From: Felis catus
Taxonomy: Eukaryota
Direction: 5' to 3'
DNA: 64,000 nucleotides
Assembly (NCBI RefSeq): GCF_018350175.1
Contig: NC_058380.1
Span: 33,976,001-34,040,000 of the forward strand
This document shows, piece after piece, positions 54,855 through 64,000 of the stretch. The notes beneath the pieces are model-generated. The model was not told the origin of the DNA. It worked only from the letters and a program-made list of their open reading frames with translations, and did not search any database. The position numbers and the translations under genes are program-made. How positions within the stretch are numbered: the first letter of the stretch is position 1; each line of letters opens with the position of its first letter.

Positions 54855-55379
54855 AGGTATTACATATTTTTTAAGTCTGGAAGGATTTAGGGAAATAATT
54901 ACTAATGTCCTCTTTGCAACTGACTAGGCAATGACTAGGGGAAAAAAAAAAATCTTGGTTACCGTAATAGAGGCAGAAATAGAATTGAAAAAGAGTGGAA
55001 GATCAGAAATTGTGGAGTAGATGTGGATTCTTTGCATCCTAATTGTAGTGAAAAGACACTAAATCAGATCAGTACTTGGGAGTAGAAGGACTGAGGTTTT
55101 ACTTTTAATTTTTTAAAGGAAAATGGTACCTCACATTCCTTATTGGATACAATTGAGAATTAACTATTGGAACAAAGGTTATAGAAAACAGAAGAAAAAA
55201 AATTCATTCTCTTCCTTATTTTTCCTTGTTTTATCTTTAACTTTTAGCAACTTTCAGGGTTTTGAGAAATAGCTACAGGAAAAAATTTTAGCTCAGGTGC
55301 CCATTAGACTTATGAAATGGACATAAATGTGAAAATTTGTAATATTATTTGTAAAACCATGTTGAAATTGAACAATTAA

Positions 55380-55490
55380 TCCACAGGAATCTACCCCCCA
55401 AAACAAAAGCACACTGTATACACTGTATGTTAGCCAACTTGACAATATATATATTAAAATAAAAAAGAAAAAGTAAATTAGAAAAAATAA
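55380..55490 (+). mobile_element. Very short felid L1 (L1_Fc-like) 3' tip with A tail
   Basis: GGAATCTACCCCC...AGCACACTGTATACACTGTATGTTAGCCAACTTGACAAT then an A-rich tail. Confidence 0.8.
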
Positions 55491-55861
55491 AATTCATTTG
55501 AATCCCAAAGAGCAAAAAAAAAAAAAAAAAGAGCAATTAATCATCTAAAGCAATTAAATAAAAGCTTGGAATTATCTGCCTATGAATGTACTCATGTTTC
55601 AAAAGCCATACAAAGTGCTCCTAATGCATAAAGTAGCTGAGAAGACTGAGGCTAGGATCCATGAATGCTGGGCAACAAAATCTATATCACACACTGAATG
55701 AGATTTTAAAAAGTGCAATCTTTACATTTTGTTCTAATCTAATGAACGCATTTTGTAGTGATTACGGGCGCTACACTGAAGTATTTCATTAACAGCAACC
55801 AGCCACATAATGTCCATAGAAGAATTACCAANNNNNNNNNNNNNNNNNNNNNNNNNNNNNN

Positions 55862-56022
55862 NNNNNNNNNNNNNNNNNNNNNNNNNNNNNNNNNNNNNNN
55901 NNNNNNNNNNNNNNNNNNNNNNNNNNNNNNNNNNNNNNNNNNNNNNNNNNNNNNNNNNNNNNNTGTGGATCCAAATCCATTGACACAACGGGGTCAGAGT
56001 AGGGACTGGTTGCATACATCTT
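55862..56022 (-). CDS. PTPRD: PTPRD transmembrane exon (KMYATSPYSDPVVSMDLDP...); TM helix hidden in N-run 55832-55963
   Basis: Seen: acceptor CTCTGTTTTTCCTCAG|AAG ATG TAT GCA ACC AGT CCC TAC TCT GAC CCC GTT GTG TCA ATG GAT TTG GAT CCA CA. The end is inferred from the recalled 161-nt orthologous exon. Confidence 0.93.
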
Positions 56023-56524
56023 CTGAGGAAAAACAGAGTCTATGTTACTTATAAACTAATGGCTTTCTAGTGTATATCTTTAGCATTAGAAGAAGCAAGA
56101 ATTTAGAACTTAGGATTTGATGTTAAGTGTGTGAAATAACATCAGTAAAACAAAGAGGGAGGGAAAGGGATGAAAGAAGAGGTGGGAGATGAGGAAAGAG
56201 GAAAAAGTAAAGAGGTCTTGCAACCTAAATTTCCTTGCAGAGTGAAGTATTTTATAATAAAATCATTTTTGATGGTATAAATTAGTCTGCAGACACATCT
56301 TCATTGGGATCTATAGATGGCATATTAAATGATCTTACCAAGTATAAAGTACCAGCAATTAACTGCTCATAAAATGTTCAGTGAGTATTTACATTGTGCC
56401 AAGGTGTTATGTGCTGTGTGAAAATCAACAGAAATATTATAGCTCCAGCACCAAAGCATTATCACCCAGTCAAGGAGACCAAATTTAAAAAGTAAACATT
56501 TACAGGGAAAATGTCAGTATTTCA

Positions 56525-56674
56525 GGAAGGAGAAATGGAGACCTGTAGGTCAAAGGGTACAAAACCTCAGTTATAAGAAGTTCTGAGGACCTAATGTACT
56601 GTATGGTGGCCATAGTTAATAATACAGTATTATGTACTTGGAAGTTGCTGAGAGTAGATCTTAAGTATTCCTCA

Positions 56675-56722
<48 letters not shown>

Positions 56723-56862
56723 ATGTGAGATGATAGATACGCTGATTATCTTGTTCTTGGCAATCATCCCACAATGTATATGTGTATCAAAACATCATGT
56801 TTTACACTTTAAACACATAAAATTATATATTTCAATTTTCCCTCAGTGAAGCTGGGAAAAAA
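56525..56862 (+). mobile_element. L1MA-type 3' end containing a (CA)n microsatellite (56677-56719)
   Basis: GGTCAAAGGGTACAAA...GAAGTTGCTGAGAGTAGATCTTAAGTATTCCTCACCAC...AAGCTGGGAAAAA. Confidence 0.85.
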
Positions 56863-56929
56863 TAATACTTGCTGAAGGAATTGATTTTGTTTTTATAACA
56901 TCCTATTTCGTTCTGTCCCATTTCAAGGC

Positions 56930-58260
56930 TCTCTTAGTATTCTCTTGACTCTGCCCACATGTAGAGGTCCTAGTTTTTCCTTTTCCAACAGAGACCAATC
57001 CATAGCCATCGGATGACCCCCTTTCCTGCCACTAGCCCCTCATCTCTTCTCACTCTAGTACCACCACTGGTCCCGTTATCTCATTTGCTAAATCTAATTG
57101 TCATTATTCAGTCCCTTCTAGACATCTTTTCTAGATTTGGCACAGTTGACTGAGCCTTCTTTAAAACTCCCTACACTGGTTCTCCTAATTCTGTACTCAA
57201 CTGGTCCCATCCTAATCTTGCCAACTGATCATGTCCTGCTGAGCTGACAACCTCTGAATTCATCCTGTGTCAGTATGCTTAAGTTTTATTTTCTGCTAGT
57301 CTTTCTCTCCCTTATCTGGCAAGGCCATTATTAGTTTTAACTACCAACTTCTATGAAGATTACTACTTGATTAATGTTCCTAAACTCAGAAACTCTGGAA
57401 GTCCCAGACCTTCATTTTCAATTATTTTGAGAGATGCCTACATTTACCTGCAAGATATGAATCACATGTATTATTCCCCTGATCCTAGATATACCCTCCT
57501 TCTAACTTGCTAATTTTTCTCACCCTCTACTTAGGAATGAAAACTACTGATCTTATTTTGCCAATGACCCTCTAGGTCGATCTACCCTCATTCCAGTCTC
57601 ATGGGTACTGTTTTTTTTGGGGACCTCATTCATGCCTATCCAAACCAGAGCAAGAGTTTCTTCCTTCCTCTAATATTCTCTACTGCTGCTAGAGTTATTA
57701 TCCTAAACCACAGCTGTTAAACCTTCAGGAAGCTTTCTGGTGATTCCTAAATAAAACCTAGACATCCTAGCATGTATCTTGAGGGCCTCCATGATTTTGT
57801 TTTCAACTTCTGTACCACATACAACATTTTCCATCACAGTGAGCTTCTTGCCACTATTCCCCAATGGCTCTATTCTCTCTCTTAACCCTCTCAAAAGTTC
57901 CACAACATCTGTCTCCTGAAATCCAACTATTTTCCAAGGCTCCACTTACCTATGGTTTCTAGTGATGCTAACTATCTTTAACTGGAAATAATCAATCATT
58001 TCACAAACTATAGGTAAAAACAATTTAAAAAAATTAGGTAGTCCTTTATTTCTTTTATTTGTCCTTTATTCCTTTTTTAATGGTATTCATCAAACTCCAT
58101 TTTCTGTTTTGTGCATATGCCTTATTTTCTTTAATGAAACTATAAACTCCTGGAAGGTAGGGATTTGTATACCATTTGTGTTTGGATACTTAAAGCAGCT
58201 AGCACAAAACTTTGCACTTAGTGAGTTCCCAGCAAATCTTTGTTAAATAAAATAAAATGT
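56930..58260 (+). mobile_element. Degraded L2-like fragments
   Basis: Pyrimidine-rich segment ending in the L2 3'-like ACTATAAACTCCTGGAAGGTAGGGA...AAATCTTTGTTAAATAAA; boundaries uncertain. Confidence 0.45.
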
Positions 58261-60674
58261 TCATCTTTTCAAATGGCTGACATTATCAAGGCATGAGAGA
58301 ATAGTCTCATTTTTCCATGATTAGGAAGTATATTTAATTTTTTAATCCACATTAAAAATTAATTCAAGGCATATATTCTGAATTGAAGTACAACAAGAGT
58401 AGTAGTCAATCTGGAGGGTATATGCCCCACTAAATTCTTGTATATTGTTCTTCTTTCCCATTTTCCTCACCATTCTTAGGAAAGGGATTGACTATATTTT
58501 CAGATTTTCTAATGGGTCATAAGATAAAAATTCAGTACATTTCCAACCTTCTCAGAAGCAGCTTAAAAAAAAAGATATGTACAGTGTAAGGACTTGGCAA
58601 AGATACTAAATATCGAAGAAACATGATTCTTTATATAAGTATAATTGCTTGTTTTGGTTTATACTTTCCCCTTTCAATTTTGTAGGTCACACTCAAACTG
58701 TTTGGCAGACAAAAGTAAACAAAACTCTGTGATTTCAAATTCTTTACCAAGAAGCTTTGAGATAATCATCTTGGTCAGCCAAGATACAAATCTAAACAGA
58801 GGTTTTCCCAAAGCGCACAGATTTCCAACCCAAATCAGGATACAGAGACATGTGAAAAAGAAAAGGAAGGAGAAGAAAACCATAAAATGATACCAACCTG
58901 ATGAAAAGCAGCATTTGTTCAATGTGTGGGGGTAATAGCCTTTGGTCATTCTAAACCAGTCCTTTGATATTCTTAATGAGGCAAAAGGAGACTGGGGAAA
59001 GCTCATGTTGTAGGGGGTGGTTATTTTCTCTGTAAAAATTATCAGCCCACCCGGGGAGTGGTTAGGTGCTTAACGACAATTAGTCATAAAAATTTGAGGC
59101 TTACAAAGTGACTAAATCAGTGCGAACATTACACTAGTTGGATACAAGTCTTATCTACTTAGTAGATGAAGGCCTGAAAACATACACAGCACATAAAGAG
59201 CAATGTTGAGAAAGATGATGGAGAAAAGGGGCAATTCATATAATGTATTTGGAAAAAGCCCTAATGAAACAGTGAAATGACATACTAAGGGAAGGGGCAG
59301 ACTCTTCATTCCTGGTAATGCATTTAAACACTAGAAACACCTCGGAGAATTAAAACCAGAGTCTCTGACAGTGGTGTCATCAGCCTGCAGGGTCTGCTGA
59401 GGTTTCTCTTCTTTAGCGAATTCTCTGATCTATCTCAATGGTCTGAATGGGCTTTTCTGAAACATCTTAGAGCTATTTAAAGAAAATTACTTCAAATATC
59501 TAAAAGTCATTAAGAACAAGAAAGAAAAAAGATGATTTCCAACATTCTATTCCCTTGATGTTCCGCCTTAAAACCTTCAACTAAAAAGAGAAAGCATATC
59601 CGTGCATTAAAATTCCAGGGAGCCCGTCACTTTGTTTTCAAATGACATTCTGTGCACAAAGGTAAACCAGGCAGAAAGGCTGCCTTTGTGTTTTGATTTT
59701 CCAAGGGGGAATTCCTTCAGCCATTTGAAGAGAAGCCCCATTGCATGTGCTAACACCTGATGTGCAGAAATCTTTGATATATCTCACGCTTCTTATATAT
59801 GGGAAGTGACTGGCTCCACTGAGCTACCACCCCTGTCAGTTTTAGGCCCTTGTTAGAAAGACACCATTAGAATATGTATATTAAATGTTAATGTGAACCT
59901 GCCACTTCAAAATCCACCCTCCCTTCACATCTACAATTTCTCTTCCTCTCTCTTCTTCTCTCTCCTCTTTTTTTTTTTTTTAACATTCACAGCAACTGAA
60001 GCATAAAACAACATAAGAGCAAGATGAATTACATAAAAGAAGACAACTCATTATTTAGAGTACCTTAGGAATTGTCTGTTTTATTGAATTATTTTCTAAC
60101 ATTCTTGGCTTTTCCCTGATAAAGTCATTGGTAAATTGCTCTAATTAAAGAAGCTGCCTTGTCTTTTCCTAGACAGACCTTCCCTGTGAATCCAGGGAGA
60201 GATTATGGGCTCACTGGCAGTTATAGGAGAATAAAATATAATCACCCTCAATCAATATTGACATAATATTTCCAATACCTGGAAATATATAGTATGTTTA
60301 ACTGTGGAACTTGATCATTCCTCTTGCAATCAAATGAACTGAGATGAGGTAGGAGACTTTGAGCAGTTAAGGCTATCACGCTCCTAGCTATATGTGTCAC
60401 CCTCACGGTTTCAAGAACCATGTCCTATCAATTCATTACTTCATATACCCAAAGTCCAGCTAAATTCCATGTCATTAGAGACACAGCCTTGTTTATAACA
60501 AAATCCCAAGCAGATTACTCAGCAATGTTTAAAGAGCAGGCAGCCTGTTGCTCCATTTAAGTTAATAATAGCTCATGAGAATTAGGATAGATATATCTAC
60601 ATATCCCCCAAATAGACATATTCTGGTGAAAATATACAAGAGTACTGAAGGAGNNNNNNNNNNNNNNNNNNNNN

Positions 60675-60884
60675 NNNNNNNNNNNNNNNNNNNNNNNNNN
60701 NNNNNNNNNNNNNNNNNNNNNNNNNNNNNNNNNNNNNNNNNNNNNNNNNNNNNNNNNNNNNNNNNNNNNNNNNNNNNNNNNNNNNNNNNNNNNNNNNNNN
60801 NNNNNNNNNNNNNNNNNNNNNNNNNNNNNNNNNNNNNNNNNNNNNNNNNNNNNNNNNNNNNNNNNNNNNNNNNTCTTTAAGCAG
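60675..60884 (-). CDS. PTPRD: PTPRD membrane-proximal ectodomain exon (LLKE..., expected to include the RKRR furin site); mostly hidden in N-run 60654-60873
   Basis: Seen: pyrimidine tract TTTCTTTTTCCGTTTCCCACTTTTTTTCCTTAAG then CTG CTT AAA GA (L-L-K-E/D). The 3' end (60675) is inferred from the recalled 210-nt orthologous exon. Confidence 0.85.
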
Positions 60885-61179
60885 CTTAAGGAAAAAAAGT
60901 GGGAAACGGAAAAAGAAATGTAAACAACAATAACCTAAGACTGTTTAATGGGAGAAATTAATTCAGGACTGAGAACAACTCAAATACAATTTGTCCACAT
61001 TTCATGTACCATGTCAGCATCACTAACTCTCAGCTCTATCTTTCAAATGTTTGTCTTGCTGTTAAAGTAAGGTGTTAGATTGCTATTGCAAAACATGAGC
61101 TATACACACAGGAAAATGAGACCTCATATCACTGTCCACCCTAATGGAATCTTCTCAAAGGGCAACAGTGTCTCAGTGA

Positions 61180-61210
<31 letters not shown>

Positions 61211-62293
61211 TGATTCACAAAAGCCTGTGAATACCGGCTTTATTTGTTGTTATTTATTAAACAAATAGTAACCTCAGATAAAGCCATCAAATATGATCAA
61301 TTTTTGGAGAAGTTAGTACCATTTTAGGTTGTTTTGAGTAATGAGATCATTTATATGATACAAATTCCCTCAAATCAGTAGAAATAGAATCCAATGACCA
61401 AGTTTTAACTAACATATTAAATAGACACTGTCACTCATTTAACAATTTTTGGCTTGACGGCTTCTTGAATATGTATTTGGGTTACAATTCCTCACATTTA
61501 TCATGACATTAACTTTTCTGGGGCTGATAGCTCCCTGGGGAGGTTGAATTATCCCCCTAGGTGATATAGGCAGGGTAGATAAGCATTGTTTAGTGTTACC
61601 CTGAAGAAAACAAACACACACATGCACACAAAAATCTTTCATGTATCTCTAAAAGAAAAAAAAAACAAAAGGAGAAATCATGTTTTGATATTCCTATTTT
61701 GCATTCACCCTTTTATTAGCAACTCATGTTAATGATATTTTATGACATTTTTGACAAGTGATGTTGAAGTTAGCTTTGTCTTCTTCCATTGAATATTGGT
61801 ATTTCACAGGGCTTAATGGGGAAAAATGTTTACAGCAGTCTGCGATGCCTTTTTGGAATGAAACTTGTCTTCAGCTTAATAAATAAAATTAAGGTACTAA
61901 TGTAAACATCATGGCAAAATTATTTGCTACTCTTGTTTTCATAAATGGAAATGGTAAAGAAAAAAACAAAGTAGTGATATCTGCTTAGCAAAAGGAGACC
62001 CTGGCACTTTCAAGGCCAGGCTTCTGTGATAATAATATTTGCAGACTCCACACATGGCAAACATCAAATCCTTATATTAGAAACCTAATGGTTCCCTACG
62101 TAAGATTTGTAAATGTGCTCAGCTGGTCAACATGTAACTTAAACATGTGAACACTCTTGGTTATATAGATAATCGGTGCCAATGTTATTTTTGAATTTAA
62201 GTTATTATGCTCTAATTAATTTTCTTTAAATTTGAGTTTATTGATACAGTTAAAATTATGTGAAATGTAAGCTCTTTTATAAAAACCACAATG

Positions 62294-62526
62294 GGGGCGT
62301 CTGGGTGGCGCAGTCGGTTAAGCGTCCGACTTCAGCCAGGTCACGATCTCGCGGTCCGTGAGTTCGAGCCCCGTCTGGCTCTGGGCTGATGGCTCAGAAC
62401 CTGGAGCCTGTTTCCGATTCTGTGTCTCCCTCTCTCTCTGCCCCTCCCCCATTCATGCTCTGTCTCTCTCTGTCCCAAAAATAAATAAACGTTGAAAAAA
62501 AAATTAAAAAAAATAAAATAAAAAAA
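62294..62526 (+). mobile_element. Young SINEC_Fc, antisense to PTPRD
   Basis: CpG-intact head; long A tail; TSD ATAAAAACCACAATGG at 62279-62294 and 62527-62542. Confidence 0.97.
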
Positions 62527-64000
62527 ATAAAAACCACAATGGACTGGGCGTCACCTGTGGGCAAATGTGGATTATCTGATGATAAATTCAGGTAGGCTGA
62601 TCAATTATGCAACAATGAAGTAGTAATAAAACAAGGCCAAAAACTTAGTACTATCTTTCAATCCTGTGTCAAGTTTAGGTTTACTTATAATAATGCTAAT
62701 GACAATGATAGCTAATATTTATTAAGCACTTAGTGCCAAGCACTGTTCTCAGAAGCCTAAATATTTATCAGTTAATTTGCTCCTTATAATAAACCTTATA
62801 AAGTAGGTTACTATTATATTCCCATTTTATAAATGAGGTAATTAAGGCATAACAAAGTGGCAATATATAATTTGATCAACTGGTGAAATAAAATGAAATT
62901 ACATGTAAAAGATTTTTTTCAACTATATTTTTGTTCACTTAATGGTTGCACAGTATCAAGAAAACACAAATCCAACATTTAAGCTAAATTGATAACCTAA
63001 ATTGTTTTACCTCAGTCTATTCTTCAACGTATGCAACTTTTGTGAATCTGCTCTCATTAATGCAGATGAATATGTACTTAGATTTCCTTTACCTGGATTC
63101 TTTTAACATGTTATTTTTTAAAAATTCTAATGCCAAATATTTAATATTATACTGGAAGAGTCATTATGAAGGTTATTATTGCTATGCAATAAATGATGGA
63201 CCATTACTTTAAGAAGGACAAATGTACCGGAAATGAGCAGAACAGCTTTTTGAAGTTGGTTAATCAGAAACATTTACCAACAGTTGTTTATGTGACTGTG
63301 TCCCCTCTTCCACTTCACTGATCAAACCCTACCTTGATTTTATTCATATTTCAGATATATGAAACTGTCATAATTCATCCGTATCACTGTCATCCCCATG
63401 AGTACCTTTTGTTAAGGTTTCTTTAGAAGACTTAGGGAAAGCACTTTAGAATAAAATATTTGGGTTTTTGGTGCTCCTTAGATCCAATGCAGCTATTCAT
63501 TAAGGTCAAAACTGGAATATCAACTCTGCCCCTGTAGGTTGCTCTAATCTCTGCAGGACACTTCCTGTGTTATTCTTTAAACTGGTCAAGTGTGCTCAGA
63601 TGACACCAAAGTTGCCCAGTAGGTTGAAGTTATAACCACAAATGACCACATTATTTAGCAGCAAGCCTTTGAACTACAATGCAATGAAAAAATTATGATA
63701 TATTATAAATCCTGCCCTGAATAAAATATAACTAATATTTTATGAGTCATTCTGTCCAAAATTCAGTTTGACTATCAACGTCTGCTCTGCCCAGTCTGAC
63801 CTTGACAACAGAAGTTCCAGTACGTGAATTTATTATGTGGAGATTATCCCCACACAAAGGATAAATGAGCTCAGAAGATAATATTGAGAGTCACTCTGTT
63901 TAGGAAGCCTCTTTCCATTTTTTGTGGTCCTAGATGTGAGGCATACATGCAGAAATCCCCTTAGGCCACCATTCGAGTCAATGATACAGTTTCAATGATT

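Larger units (their letters stand above)
1..64000 (-). other. PTPRD: Internal segment of the PTPRD transcription unit (mostly intron); gene extends beyond both window ends
   Basis: Collinear minus-strand exons with canonical splice sites at ~60.9, 56.0, 49.6, 45.5 and 33.1 kb translate to peptides I recognise as PTPRD, in the correct order and compatible phases; a lone donor at 828 marks the next exon. Confidence 0.97.

Noticed and set aside
58645-59006. Overlapping 81-aa and 110-aa ORFs, one hydrophobic
   Set aside because: Hydrophobicity comes from a purine/pyrimidine low-complexity tract; no recognisable homology or exon chain.
1-64000. Novel multi-gene system, CRISPR array, tRNA/rRNA genes or intact viral/transposase ORF
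   Set aside because: None seen; tRNA-like boxes belong to SINE heads and the window is explained by PTPRD introns plus common repeats.

Overview
This window is AT-rich mammalian DNA from a felid (many SINEC_Fc-type carnivore SINEs and carnivore L1 3' ends). It lies entirely inside PTPRD (receptor protein tyrosine phosphatase delta), which is transcribed on the minus strand. It spans the exons for the membrane-proximal ectodomain, the transmembrane segment, the juxtamembrane/wedge region and the start of phosphatase domain D1. Two constitutive exons are fully readable (45559-45447 [11 protein letters not shown]...NFQTPG; 33210-33113 MASHPPIP...FSQEYE). Two are partly readable (from 60884 LLKE...; from 56022 KMYATSPYSDPVVSMDLDP...) and one is hidden in an N-run except for its donor (ends at 829). 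A 12/15-nt neural-type microexon (S/SS-KPD-R, the meD-type insert) is at 49584-49595/49598. The most interesting signals concern splicing: a cluster of acceptors and RBFOX/NOVA motifs around N-runs at 33.3-35.4 kb that probably hide juxtamembrane mini-exons, a strong 22-nt frameshifting exon candidate (11575-11596), and an in-frame 105-nt cassette candidate (61496-61600). The rest is ordinary intron with SINE/LINE/MIR/DNA-transposon fragments and microsatellites. I found no evidence for a wholly new biological system. Family names and human exon sizes come from recall, not from searches, and repeat boundaries are approximate.
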